From Candidatus Doudnabacteria bacterium (GTDB lineage Bacteria; Patescibacteriota; Doudnabacteria; UBA920; VMFF01): 64,000 bases of DNA. Below are positions 38,410 to 48,858 of this stretch, piece by piece. Positions within the stretch are counted from its first letter, which is position 1, and each line of letters begins with the position of its first letter. Location of the stretch: contig JAQBQP010000003.1 in NCBI GenBank assembly GCA_028286905.1, positions 23,317 to 87,316 on the forward strand. Direction: 5' to 3'. A program made the translations under genes and the position numbers. The notes under the pieces were generated by a model. It was not told the origin of the DNA, did no database searches, and was given only the letters and a program-made list of their open reading frames with translations.

Positions 38410-38862
38410 CTACTGGATGCCTGCAGGAGAAGCGGTATGAGTGCCGGCAATAAAGCCGCCGGTCGTGGCGCCGAGACAAAAAGATAAAGCGTAGGTTGAT
38501 CCGTTTGCAGAAAGATAAACGTAGGCATTATTAAGAGCTTGGGAAGTACCTGAACCAGTACAGATCGGTTCCGCTGGAACCGGAGCGGCTGGAACCTTGC
38601 CAACATAAGTCGGTGCCAAGTTCAAAGGAACAGTTGTTCCTGTTAAAATTGCTGCCGACGCTTGAACCGGATAAGCATTAAAGTCATTAAAATATAATTC
38701 CAAGGCAGTGGTAAGCTGTCTGATATCGGCTAATCTTTTTGCATCTCGAGATTTTGCTCTCGCAGAGTTTAGCGCCAGCAATACTACTGATGCTAACAAA
38801 CCAATGATTGCAATAACCACCAACAACTCAATTAACGTAAACCCTTTTGATTTTGATTGCAT
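38410..38862 (-). CDS. Type IV pilin / pseudopilin
   Basis: KG-FTLIELLVVIAIIGLLA prepilin motif, ARAKSRDAKR, C-terminal Cys pair. Confidence 0.95.
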   Translation of the reverse strand: MQSKSKGFTLIELLVVIAIIGLLASVVLLALNSARAKSRDAKRLADIRQLTTALELYFNDFNAYPVQASAAILTGTTVPLNLAPTYVGKVPAAPVPAEPICTGSGTSQALNNAYVYLSANGSTYALSFCLGATTGGFIAGTHTASPAGIQ

Positions 38863-38908
38863 ATTTTTTAAATTACTGCTTACTAATATTGTACAGCTGT
38901 TTAAAGGA

Positions 38909-39793
38909 TTATACCACCCCTTTGCCGCCAGTCACCCCATATACCTCACCAGTGATATAACTGCCCTGATCTGAGGCCAATAATACGTATACAGGAGCCA
39001 ATTCAATTGGTTGACCCGCTCTTTTAATTGGCGTGCTTTCGCCAAAAGAACTTAATTTGTCCGGCGGCGATGCATGAGTATTTAAGGGAGTCCAAATGGG
39101 CCCAGGGGCAACGGCATTTACTCGAATCCCTTTTTCAATTAGAGCTTCGGATAAAGCTTTGGTCATCGTTACGATCGCCCCTTTACTAGCTGAGTATGGT
39201 AATAGCAACGGCTTCGGTTCAAATGCCTCTATTGATGCAGTATTAATAATAGCGCTGCCTTTTTGCATATGCTGAGCAGCTTGCTGTGCTAAATAAAAAG
39301 TGGCGAAAACATTGGTTTGAAAAATCGTTTCAAAATCTTCCCAAGTGATCTCGTTAATATCTGTAAAATATTTTTGGAACGCAGCATTGTTAACTAAAAT
39401 ATCTAACTTGCCAAATTCTTTTAGCGCTTGATTAATTAATTCTTTGCAGTAATTTTTATCTTTGATGTCGCCAGCAAAGCCAACGCCCTTGCGTCCAGCA
39501 GCTTGAATAGCGCTAATCGTTTGATTGGCATCCTCTTGTTCCTCTGGAAGATAGCCGATCATGACATCAGCGCCTTCTTTTGCAAAAGCAACTGCAACTG
39601 CCCGGCCAATACCCGAATCACCGCCTGTAATTAAGGCAGTTTTTCCCGTTAGCTTACCGCAGCCTTTGTAAGAGTCCTGACCGTAGTCCGGTTTAATATT
39701 CATGTCTGCTTCCAAGCCGGGGTAGCTTTGGGGATGCTCTTGCATCGGCGGTTGTGGAAATTTATCTTTTGGATCTTGATTATTTTGTGACAT
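38909..39793 (-). CDS. SDR oxidoreductase (YhdF/YghA type)
   Basis: TGGDSGIG, NNAA, YSASK, PGPIWTPL. Confidence 0.9.
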   Translation of the reverse strand: MSQNNQDPKDKFPQPPMQEHPQSYPGLEADMNIKPDYGQDSYKGCGKLTGKTALITGGDSGIGRAVAVAFAKEGADVMIGYLPEEQEDANQTISAIQAAGRKGVGFAGDIKDKNYCKELINQALKEFGKLDILVNNAAFQKYFTDINEITWEDFETIFQTNVFATFYLAQQAAQHMQKGSAIINTASIEAFEPKPLLLPYSASKGAIVTMTKALSEALIEKGIRVNAVAPGPIWTPLNTHASPPDKLSSFGESTPIKRAGQPIELAPVYVLLASDQGSYITGEVYGVTGGKGVV

Positions 39794-39893
39794 AAAATAT
39801 TAATTAAAAATATACCAGAAGTATCCAAAATTTAAAAGAACCTAGCAATTGTACAATTGCACTTAATCACATTAGGCTTCAATGATAATATTG

Positions 39894-40193
39894 CTAATTA
39901 GTAGTTTTATTAGCTTTTCTTTTTTGAGAACGTTTCCTAAAGCTAAAGAGCACCCAAGAGATTGTAGCTATTAATAATAGTACCCAACCCAATCCATACC
40001 ATTTGCTTATCTGGGAATTTTGAGCAGCTAAAATAAATTGAAATAAACCAACAACTATCTGGACCAATGCGAGCACAACTAAAATTTCAGAAAACCGGTC
40101 TTGAGACCTAGCGCTTTCTTTTAGTGTTTCGCTTAGCTCTTTTATATCTTGATCAAGCTCTGACGAACTATTATTTGAAATTTGCTCTGGCAT
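39894..40193 (-). CDS. Small two-TM membrane protein
   Basis: Two hydrophobic segments and a basic tail. Confidence 0.7.
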   Translation of the reverse strand: MPEQISNNSSSELDQDIKELSETLKESARSQDRFSEILVVLALVQIVVGLFQFILAAQNSQISKWYGLGWVLLLIATISWVLFSFRKRSQKRKANKTTN

Positions 40194-40221
40194 ATATTAT
40201 TTATGTCTTATCTAATTAACC

Positions 40222-40602
40222 TTACTCTTCTTCAATTATTCGGAAACTAGGAGGCGCCTTTTTTAAATAATCATTATAAAGTTTATTTAAACGCTGAATC
40301 GAATTTTTAGTGTCCTCTTCTAAAGTCTCTCTCAATCGTCGGCCCTTTTCCGAATCATACCTCTCGATACTTTCAATTTTTTCTCTCTGAATTCTATAAT
40401 GCTTGTCAATTTGTTCCAGCGCAACTTTAGTTGTTTGTTCTATTTCAACTAACCCTAAAAGGAAGTGATCATTATCAATTCCGCGAAATTTAGCTTCTAT
40501 GCGAGCTCGATAATTAGCAACCCGTTGCTCGAGGCGTTTAGCTTCTTCATCCTTATCGTAATCAGAAGGTTCCGGATTAAATTCTGAATTGTATTCACTC
40601 AT
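40222..40602 (-). CDS. Acidic coiled-coil hypothetical protein
   Basis: 126-aa ORF with protein-like composition. Confidence 0.7.
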   Translation of the reverse strand: MSEYNSEFNPEPSDYDKDEEAKRLEQRVANYRARIEAKFRGIDNDHFLLGLVEIEQTTKVALEQIDKHYRIQREKIESIERYDSEKGRRLRETLEEDTKNSIQRLNKLYNDYLKKAPPSFRIIEEE

Positions 40603-40755
40603 ATAATTAGTTTTTTAAACTTAGTTTGATCTATTGTAGGTTAAGTTAATGTATTCAAAGCATAACAAAACAAGTTCAGTCAGACAAACTTTACCATAAG
40701 ACTAATTTAGAGGATCTGGTATACTAAGAAGACTAATAAATTAAACTATACACAT

Positions 40756-41169
40756 ATGACTAGCAGACTGAACCCATATATCGCTTTTGATAATAAAGCG
40801 CGTACCGTGATGGAATTTTACAAGACTGTGTTCGGAGGAAAATTGGAATTAAGCACCTTCAAAGAGGCCAATCCTGGATACCAAGAGGGAGACGAAGATA
40901 AAATAATGCATGCTGTTCTTGTTACTGAAAGCGGTATGACTATAATGGCTTCTGATATGCCAAAAGGAAAAGTAGTTCCTAATACAGCGAACATTGCTCT
41001 AGCTTTAGGTGGAGATGACGAAGCGGAATTAACTGGCTACTGGGAAAAACTTTCAGCAAATGCAAAAATTCTTCAACATCTAAACAAAGCTCCTTGGGGA
41101 GATACTTTTGGAATGCTTGTGGATCAATTCGGCGTTGAGTGGATGATAAACATTGCTGGAAAAAAATAA
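40756..41169 (+). CDS. VOC/PhnB-family protein
   Basis: LNPYIAF...FYKTVFGG...IMHA...WGDTFGMLVDQFGVEW. Confidence 0.9.
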   Translation: MTSRLNPYIAFDNKARTVMEFYKTVFGGKLELSTFKEANPGYQEGDEDKIMHAVLVTESGMTIMASDMPKGKVVPNTANIALALGGDDEAELTGYWEKLSANAKILQHLNKAPWGDTFGMLVDQFGVEWMINIAGKK

Positions 41170-41313
41170 GTTAATTTAAATATCGTTACAGCAAGGCATA
41201 TTAAAAAGCAGGATCCGTCCTGCTTTTTAAATTATATTTGAACAAATGAAAAGCGCGGGAACCATGATAGTTTGTCCCGCGCTTGTTGCGTGCGCATTGT
41301 GCGCTGTATCCTC

Positions 41314-41616
41314 CTAACATTCTGCTTTTCCAGATATCGGGTGAGTCTCCTCCACCGGAAAACGAGGCGCCAGCGGATCTGGGCAGTCGAAGAAAAATTC
41401 TCCGCACCTAGCGCAAGGATGAAATTGCTCGCTTCCGCCGCAAGGCACCAGCGCCTTTACCCTTTCTAAGGCTTCCTCCACCGCTTCTGAAGGTTCATGC
41501 CCAAAACGCTTCAACCAGACGTTAGCTCGAGCTAAGCACCAATCGAGCTTGTTTGCCCAAGCGGCGATCCGGTTGTCAACCTCTTCTGGTTCGATATAAC
41601 ACATTTGTCCCTCCAA
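41314..41616 (-). CDS. GC-rich hypothetical protein with CxxC
   Basis: HPCARCGEFF; TTGGAGG SD-like sequence precedes an internal ATG (MCYIEP). Confidence 0.5.
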   Translation of the reverse strand: MEGQMCYIEPEEVDNRIAAWANKLDWCLARANVWLKRFGHEPSEAVEEALERVKALVPCGGSEQFHPCARCGEFFFDCPDPLAPRFPVEETHPISGKAEC

Positions 41617-41634
41617 GTATCAGGTGAGCCCCTA

Positions 41635-41850
41635 TTAGGGGTCAGGGTCGCCAGAGGACGACGGAGCCTGAGGTGCTGTGTACCTGCTCTGAGACACGCT
41701 TTTCTCAGTCGGAATACTTACCATCACAAACGCCCTCAGAATAACTAACAGCGTTAGGACGACTGCGACGATGAACCAGATATTTCTGTGATGCCTCCGG
41801 CGCCTCATTAGCGGCGCTGAACTAAACCTCCGGTGCTCTGTTTGGCCCAT
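41635..41850 (-). CDS. Small single-TM protein
   Basis: SD GAGGTGAGGAG-C-ATG; RRRRHHR followed by a TM helix. Confidence 0.55.
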   Translation of the reverse strand: MGQTEHRRFSSAPLMRRRRHHRNIWFIVAVVLTLLVILRAFVMVSIPTEKSVSQSRYTAPQAPSSSGDPDP

Positions 41851-42142
41851 GCTCCTCACCTCTTCATAGAAGATGCCTACGGGATTTCCGCAGGAATTGA
41901 AACACCCTCCAAATGCATGTGACTAAAGCGTTGTCTCTGCCTCAATTTGAAGGGATCGTTCCGCAGCGTTGCGGAATAGATTACGGTACCATTTTTCCAT
42001 GGCATTGTCTAGACAAATCACTTTTCCACCTAATGCTAAATTATTCAAAATATCTTTCAAATGAATCATGCATTCCGCAAACCCTTATTAAGAAAAGGGC
42101 CGTATCCTTGTGATACGGCCCTTAGTTCCCCATTACTACAGT

Positions 42143-43216
42143 CTAACGCGAATGCTCTTCCAACTCCTTCAGCTCTCTGCGCCTGATCTCCAGTTCATCG
42201 CGCAGGCTAACCTTCTTAATCTCGGCTTCATGGCGCTTTTGAGCGTTCATCGCACGAATGAACTTCCTCCTTCCGCGCTGGAGCAAGGGATAAAGCAAAA
42301 GAATTCGGGCCGGCTCACGAGAGTTAAGCGTAAGCATACCCGCAAACCTTGGATCTGTTGATTGCTCGCCGTAGCGATCTTCTAACCGACCTTCGATAGA
42401 AGTTGCCATTCCGCTGCGGCGCACCAACGCCTCCAACGCTTGGCGAGTTGGCCGATCAAGCTTGCGATCGAAAAGAAAACCAAGCTGGTCGTATTCTCGG
42501 AATAACTCAACCAGTTGTGGCCGCAGTTTCCGAAAATATTGCAACGTTTCAGCGTATGCCTTTTCCTCGGATCCATCTCCAAACTTCCTTTCAAAATAGT
42601 CCCGAGCGGGCTTAGTACCGACAAGTTCATCCCCGAAGTTCCAAGCAAACTTCAAGAATTTGCGAAAAAACGCTATCGCCTTCTTGTCGTAATTGTCGCC
42701 CTCATGAGTGCGAACGTTGGCAGCCCAATAGGTGTCACAAGCGCGCCAACGTTTGGAGTCAAAAAACTTGATCGCCTCTCTGGCCAATTCCGGTTCCATA
42801 AGAAGGCTTTCATACCTAAGATGGACGCCGGTCCCTTCGTCATGAAAAACGAAGAAACGATTACACAACTCCACCCAAGCTTTGTCCGCAAGTTTCTGCA
42901 AAACCTCGGGACGGCTTAGCTCGCCCATCCAGCCGCGGAGCTTGTAGGTACTCGAGCCAAAGTTTTTCGCATTCTGATGGCCATCCGCGACGAGCAAGTA
43001 GTGCCGAAAAATCCGGACGAGGTCCGTTGTCGACGCGTCCCTCGATGGCAACGATTGGAGGCCCCAATGCAACAGATTAAGTAAAGCAGGCCAGTCATTT
43101 CGCATTAGGGAAGCATCCCATTGCAGGAACCAATCAGATATGCTTGTAGCTTCGTTACCGAGCTGGGCAAAATCTCGTCCAGCCAGAAAAAGCTCGGGCG
43201 TGTGCGTGTTAGACAT
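42143..43216 (-). CDS. GC-rich hypothetical protein
   Basis: Long ORF; SD GAGGAGG before ATG 43216 (MSNTHTPE). Confidence 0.7.
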   Translation of the reverse strand: MSNTHTPELFLAGRDFAQLGNEATSISDWFLQWDASLMRNDWPALLNLLHWGLQSLPSRDASTTDLVRIFRHYLLVADGHQNAKNFGSSTYKLRGWMGELSRPEVLQKLADKAWVELCNRFFVFHDEGTGVHLRYESLLMEPELAREAIKFFDSKRWRACDTYWAANVRTHEGDNYDKKAIAFFRKFLKFAWNFGDELVGTKPARDYFERKFGDGSEEKAYAETLQYFRKLRPQLVELFREYDQLGFLFDRKLDRPTRQALEALVRRSGMATSIEGRLEDRYGEQSTDPRFAGMLTLNSREPARILLLYPLLQRGRRKFIRAMNAQKRHEAEIKKVSLRDELEIRRRELKELEEHSR

Positions 43217-43429
43217 GACATCCTCCTCAAGATTGGGAACGTTACACCGCCTGCTAGGCGGCAAGTGAAACTATAATACTCTAATTGTGAAATTAGAGGA
43301 AATGTTAGTTAAAAAGGCTGTCGCGGGAGAATAACATAGTCGCATAATATCACCGATATTTTTAACAAAAGAACCCTGACGTGAATCAGAGTTCTTTGCC
43401 CGTTATTCTTCTACCCTCTATCCCCCCTT

Positions 43430-43783
43430 TTATAAAGTTCTGGTAAAGATTAGGTATCGAGGACTTACTGTGCTCGACTGCCTAATCCCTGTTTGACGGT
43501 ACGGCATACCCATTTTGATCAAACGGGATTCCGCCGCACCGAAGACCTCGACCTCTTCAGTAGCGAGAGTGGTGTCATGGTTTACATCGAACTGCCAGCT
43601 ACGGTACCGTGAGTCCATCTGATAGGCGCCCACGAAACTCACAATCTCGTTCGGCAGCTCTCTCAATACTGCCTCATGAAACTGCTCCACGGAAACCTTT
43701 ACCACCTTCTTATTCACCACCGCCGTATCGGGTGACTCAGGAGTTCCTTTCAAGAAACTCCTGATCCATTTCTTGATAAGCAT
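43430..43783 (-). CDS. Hypothetical protein
   Basis: Likely start MLIKKW at 43783. Confidence 0.55.
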   Translation of the reverse strand: MLIKKWIRSFLKGTPESPDTAVVNKKVVKVSVEQFHEAVLRELPNEIVSFVGAYQMDSRYRSWQFDVNHDTTLATEEVEVFGAAESRLIKMGMPYRQTGIRQSSTVSPRYLIFTRTL

Positions 43784-43879
43784 ACCAAGTTCCGTGAAAG
43801 GGTTTAACAGATGATGATATAAAAAAATACCACAAAACGTGGTATTTGTAAATGGAGGCATGGGGCGTTTATAAGGATG

Positions 43880-44191
43880 TTATCTATGCATACTTGCCAT
43901 AACCACAAACAAAACTATTGTAGCCAAGGCTAACCAGCCTACTGTGTACATAAATAATTTAATCGCTTCGTTCTTTTCATTATTTAAATACATCAGCAAC
44001 GGTTTGCCAACTACCAAGCTGCCAGTGATCGCTGCAGAAAGAACAAAAAGCATTAAAACGGCAATAGGAGTAATTGCTGTATCTTTTTCACCAAATATTT
44101 TATTGCCATTACTCATCACTATGGATATCAGGGATACATACGCCACTGTGCCCAAAGCGTTTAAAAAACTTCTCTGAATAAGTTTGTTCAT
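43880..44191 (-). CDS. Three-TM membrane protein
   Basis: LMLFVLSAAITGSLVVGKP; hydrophobic profile. Confidence 0.8.
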   Translation of the reverse strand: MNKLIQRSFLNALGTVAYVSLISIVMSNGNKIFGEKDTAITPIAVLMLFVLSAAITGSLVVGKPLLMYLNNEKNEAIKLFMYTVGWLALATIVLFVVMASMHR

Positions 44192-44289
44192 AAATAAGAT
44201 TTTTAATTATATTCTATATTATACTAGAAAAACTGCTTTCCAAGGTTTGAGGTTTAGCTGGGAAAGCTTTTGGCGCGGGTGTTCTATTT

Positions 44290-45393
44290 TTAATAGCTTA
44301 TCGTAGACAGACCCTCGGTGGCTTGATTCCAATCCCCAGGCAAAGCTGATTGATATTTTTTTACATACTCAATGAAATTCGGTGGTACGCTTTGGCCTTT
44401 AGGAGCCAATATAACGAATCCGACTTTGAAGTTTTTTTGGCTATCGGAAACAGTTGGCACTCTATCCCCCACCTTCTTAACGACATCTTGAATGGTTATC
44501 GTGTTTGTGCTCAAAAAATCTGCAGGCTGATCGCAATTCGGTCCCCAGGTATTATAATAATCATCATTAGGCTTATCTTTTAACTGTTGTAAATATATTG
44601 GAGGGACCGATTCTGCAGGAATAAAACCCATCAAGTATAAAGACAGTTTTGAAAATTTATGCGACGTTAAATTACCATTTACACATTTGTACTGATCATT
44701 GGAATCAATCCATTGATAATAGGCCATTGGATCTACAAAACTTGAATCGCCGCTAAATAAATCTAAATTGTAAGGATAATGACCGAAGTCTCCATTCCAT
44801 CCCATTGGTTTGTTTATGTAATCCAACCAATAATGCCCTATTTCGTGTAACGAAATGGTTCTTAAATTATCATCAAAATTCGGAGGATTCGGTTTGGTGC
44901 CGTACCAAATTCTATAGGAGTCTGAAAGAACCACCGCCTTCAAATTTTTCGTTGCATTATTGGAAAAAACTGAATCAATGCCAATCCCTTTGACTTCTCT
45001 ATTAATAACATTCGAAGTGTAAGCCGGCAACATATCCAAAGGGAACACCATCAAGAAATCATACTTGTCATCATGCGACCTGTAGAACTGATTAACAAAT
45101 TTATTTACATCAACATTCCAATAATCTTTGCCCTGAACGGGAGTTAAAATATCGTTTGTGGTTTGTTCTTCTAAAACGTAGATCTCAGTATTCGGCTTAT
45201 CAGCTATTGGCTTAGTTTCTACTATGGGGGCAAGTTTGCTTTGTTCTAATGTGGTAGGCTGACCGATTGGAGTCTGATCTAAAACAGTAGGAGTTGGTGT
45301 TATTATTTTATTTTCTGGTAATAGTTGCGGGACAGATTGGCACCCTACAGCTGACAGAAATATCATGCAAAGGATTAAAGGCGTTTTTTTCAT
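44290..45393 (-). CDS. Lipoprotein with a zincin-like HExxH motif
   Basis: LSAVG-C lipobox; SLHEIGHYW...GH. Confidence 0.75.
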   Translation of the reverse strand: MKKTPLILCMIFLSAVGCQSVPQLLPENKIITPTPTVLDQTPIGQPTTLEQSKLAPIVETKPIADKPNTEIYVLEEQTTNDILTPVQGKDYWNVDVNKFVNQFYRSHDDKYDFLMVFPLDMLPAYTSNVINREVKGIGIDSVFSNNATKNLKAVVLSDSYRIWYGTKPNPPNFDDNLRTISLHEIGHYWLDYINKPMGWNGDFGHYPYNLDLFSGDSSFVDPMAYYQWIDSNDQYKCVNGNLTSHKFSKLSLYLMGFIPAESVPPIYLQQLKDKPNDDYYNTWGPNCDQPADFLSTNTITIQDVVKKVGDRVPTVSDSQKNFKVGFVILAPKGQSVPPNFIEYVKKYQSALPGDWNQATEGLSTISY

Positions 45394-45755
45394 ATGTTAT
45401 TCTTTTTTTATATCATAACAAAAAATCGTCTTACTGGCGACAAAACAAAAACTACCGCTTGAACCGTGGTTTTTGTTAGTGGACATCGTAACAAATCAGC
45501 CAAGCTCGATCGAGGACTGGATTATGGAAAGTATGGATTAATTAAGCCTTACGAAAGGTTCAAATTTATTGGTAAAATGCTATTAGTGCTACACGTAATG
45601 GTATTTAAATGGAATACTTAAAATAGCGCTTAGTATTTTGCTATATAGGCTTTTAATAAAAGGCATAAGTTGCTAAGATATATATAATTGTGTAAGTCCT
45701 TAGACAAGTACTTAAAAGAAACAAAAAAAGAAAGCAAATTATTAGATCACTTTCT

Positions 45756-46736
45756 ATGAGCATAATGAATAGAACAAAATATTTTGATTATGCAGAAGGA
45801 AAGCTGGTTAACCTTGCTCATGCAATTACCATTAATGGTAAGCTCAACCTTTTGCATTTGCATACTCACGCTGAAGAGTTTTATCTTAATTTTTTTAGAG
45901 AGCTATATAAATGGGATTTAAAAAATCTCAATGCTGCTAAAAGGAATTCTGAAGCTGTTGATTTAATTTCTGAGTCTGCAAAAGTTATAATTCAAGTATC
46001 AGCAACTTGCACGAAGGACAAAATAGAATCTGCTCTAGGTAAAAAAGTAATCGAAAGATATAAGGACTATAGCTTTAAGTTTATTTCCATTTCATCAGTG
46101 GACGCAAGTCAGTTAAGAGCAAAGGTTTTTAAAAACCCTTACGGGATATCATTTAATCCCGTCGTTGATATATACGATACAACTTCTATAGTTGCTAATA
46201 TTTTAAGTCTTGAGGTTGATCGCCAAAAAGATATATACAAGTTTCTTAAAAAAGAGCTTGGTCAAGAAATAGATATTGAAAAATTGGATTCAAATTTAGC
46301 GACAATTATAAACATTCTCTCTCAAAAAAACCTAGATCAAAACGATCAGCCAATTACAATAAACGGTTTTGAAATAGAACGTAAGATTTCCTTTAATGAT
46401 CTCAAGACTGCACAATATGTGATTCAAGATTATGGAATACACCACAATCGAATTGACAAGATATATTCTGAGTTTGATGAATCAGGAGTTAATAAAAGTA
46501 TTTCAGTATTGGGGTGGATTAGAGGAGAATATGTAAGGAATATGTCTGTAAAAAAAGATGATGAGCTTTTTTTCTTAATTGTAAAAAATATACAAGAAGT
46601 CATTATGCAGAGTGCGAATCTTGCGTCGATAACAATTGAAGAATTAGAGCTTTGCGCTAATATATTAGTTGTCGATGCCTTTATTCGTTGTAAAATCTTT
46701 CGAAACCCAAAAGACTACAAATATGCTACTACCTGA
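45756..46736 (+). CDS. ABC-3C/Lamassu effector (SMEK-type nuclease-like N-domain + CTD), LmuA-like
   Basis: AEEFY..FF..LY...L.NLN...AVDL...IQVSA (PD-(D/E)xK-like); C-terminal VVDAFIRCKIF.NP. Confidence 0.75.
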   Translation: MSIMNRTKYFDYAEGKLVNLAHAITINGKLNLLHLHTHAEEFYLNFFRELYKWDLKNLNAAKRNSEAVDLISESAKVIIQVSATCTKDKIESALGKKVIERYKDYSFKFISISSVDASQLRAKVFKNPYGISFNPVVDIYDTTSIVANILSLEVDRQKDIYKFLKKELGQEIDIEKLDSNLATIINILSQKNLDQNDQPITINGFEIERKISFNDLKTAQYVIQDYGIHHNRIDKIYSEFDESGVNKSISVLGWIRGEYVRNMSVKKDDELFFLIVKNIQEVIMQSANLASITIEELELCANILVVDAFIRCKIFRNPKDYKYATT

Positions 46737-46950
46737 TAATATACATCCAGAAAATACTATTTATTTTAATGGAGCTTTTGTCCTTAAGGAATTACAGAGA
46801 CAGCCTGACCAAGGCCTACTAGATTTATATGAGAATGTAAAAAGACAAAGAAATTTAAGCTTTCCTATTTTTATTCTATGCTTAGATTGGCTTTATTTGC
46901 TGGGCGTAGCTGAAACAAATAATCAAGATAAAATAAAATTATGTTTTTAA
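46723..46950 (+). CDS. ABC-3C middle component, LmuC-like
   Basis: MLLPDNIHPENTIYFNGAFVL...LCLDWLYLLG; overlaps both neighbours. Confidence 0.75.
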   Translation: MLLPDNIHPENTIYFNGAFVLKELQRQPDQGLLDLYENVKRQRNLSFPIFILCLDWLYLLGVAETNNQDKIKLCF

Positions 46951-48671
46951 AGTCGTTAATAATATCAAGTAAAGGGAATAATATTCGGGAAATTATTTTT
47001 CGAAAAGGACTTAATTTAATTGTTGATGAAACTCCCGAAATTAGCGGCAAAACCACAGGAAATAATGTTGGAAAAACAACCGTTTTAAAGTTGATTGATT
47101 TTTGCTTGGGAGCTGATCCTAAAAATGTATACATTGATCCAGAATCTCGAAAGGATAATTACGATCTTGTTAAAAACTATTTAATAGACAAGCATATCCT
47201 TATTACGTTAGTGTTAAAAGAGAATTTAGATTTAGAAAATTCTTTCGAAATTGTTATTGAAAGAAATTTTTTGGCTCGTAAAAATAAAATATTAAAAGTT
47301 AATCAAGAAAATTTAACCGAAGATGAATTTGAGCAAAAGCTTTTGCAATTAATTATTCCAGGTCATAATGAAGAAAAACCCACATTCAGACAAATAATAT
47401 CACACAACATCCGCTATAAGGATGAGAGCGTGAGCAATACTCTTAAAACATTAGATAGATATACGACCGATATAGAGTATGAGTCATTATATTTATTTTT
47501 GTTTGGGTGCAAATTTACAAAAGGAGATTCTAAGCAATTAATTTCTGAAAAGTTAAAACAAGAAACTACTTACAAAAGCAGGTTAGAAAGACAGCAGACA
47601 AAAACCGCATATCAGGCCGCTCTTAATATTATAAATTCTGAAATTGAAGATTTAAATAATAAGAAAGCGGATTTAAATATAAATCCAAACTTCGAAAATG
47701 ACTTGGATAAGTTGAATGTGATCAAGTATGAAATTAATAAAACAAGCTCTGAAATAAGTAAATTTACTATCAGAAAAAACTTGATAATAGAAGCTGAACA
47801 GGAATTAGATGCTAAAAAGTCAGTTATTGATTTAGTTCAGCTGAGATCCATATACCAACAAGCCACCGAACAAATAAGGGGTATACAAAAAACATTTGAT
47901 GATTTAGTAAATTATCACAACCAAATGATATTTGAAAAAGTAAAGTTTATTAAAAAAGAACTTCCGACTATAGAAAAATCCATACGAGAAAAGCAGATTA
48001 ACCTAAAAGAACAGCTGCGAGAAGAAGAAGTACTTACTTCAAGCATCTCAAAAAGTGATTCATTCGAAGCGTTGGAGAGCTTGATCGCAGAACTAACTGA
48101 AAAATTTAGAAAAAAAGGGGAATATGAGAGTATCATCAAACAGTTAATTGAGGTTGAAAAAAACATTGGGGAATATACTGCTCAACTTGATGAAATAAAT
48201 GATGAATTATTTTCAGGTGATTTTGAACAAAAAGTTAAAGATCAATTAGATAAATTCAATATTATTTTTGCCAGTATATCAAATCAGTTATATGGTGAGC
48301 CATACGCAATAAAGCACGACATAATTACCAATACCAAAAACCAACGTTTGTATAAATTTAGTGCCTTTAATACAAATTTAAGCTCTGGCAAAAAGCAAGG
48401 TGAAATTTCCTGTTTTGACTTGGCATATACGTTGTTTGCAGATGAAGAACGTATCCCTTGTTTACATTTTTTACTTAACGATAAAAAAGAATTAATGCAC
48501 GATAATCAGTTGGTAAGAATTGCTAACTTTGTAAGCAATAAGAACATACAGTTTGTAGCCTCAATGCTAAGAGATAAATTACCAGAAGAGCTGAACCAAG
48601 AGAATTATTTTGTAGTTAAGCTTTCTCAGCAAGATAAATTATTTAGAATTGAAGAGAATAATCAAATCTAA
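46941..48671 (+). CDS. SMC-like ABC ATPase (DUF2326-type), LmuB-like
   Basis: GLNLIVD, GNNVGKTT Walker A, coiled coil, SSGKKQ signature, FLLND Walker B. Confidence 0.8.
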   Translation: MFLKSLIISSKGNNIREIIFRKGLNLIVDETPEISGKTTGNNVGKTTVLKLIDFCLGADPKNVYIDPESRKDNYDLVKNYLIDKHILITLVLKENLDLENSFEIVIERNFLARKNKILKVNQENLTEDEFEQKLLQLIIPGHNEEKPTFRQIISHNIRYKDESVSNTLKTLDRYTTDIEYESLYLFLFGCKFTKGDSKQLISEKLKQETTYKSRLERQQTKTAYQAALNIINSEIEDLNNKKADLNINPNFENDLDKLNVIKYEINKTSSEISKFTIRKNLIIEAEQELDAKKSVIDLVQLRSIYQQATEQIRGIQKTFDDLVNYHNQMIFEKVKFIKKELPTIEKSIREKQINLKEQLREEEVLTSSISKSDSFEALESLIAELTEKFRKKGEYESIIKQLIEVEKNIGEYTAQLDEINDELFSGDFEQKVKDQLDKFNIIFASISNQLYGEPYAIKHDIITNTKNQRLYKFSAFNTNLSSGKKQGEISCFDLAYTLFADEERIPCLHFLLNDKKELMHDNQLVRIANFVSNKNIQFVASMLRDKLPEELNQENYFVVKLSQQDKLFRIEENNQI

Positions 48672-48821
48672 ATAGTTTAATAGGATGTCGAAAATATCAA
48701 CTTTCATCTTTTTCGTAAGCTCAACTATTTGCTCATCATATAAAAATAGTTTGGTGGAGGCTGCGGCCGTCCCTCACGGGACTGCAGCTCTCCTACAAGA
48801 ACGCCCGGCAATTGCCATGGC

Positions 48822-48858
48822 AATCAAAATGCAGCGCTTTAGGCGCTGCATTTTGATT
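48822..48858 (-). terminator. Hairpin directly downstream of the tmRNA
   Basis: AATCAAAATGCAGCGC / GCGCTGCATTTTGATT perfect stem. Confidence 0.7.
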
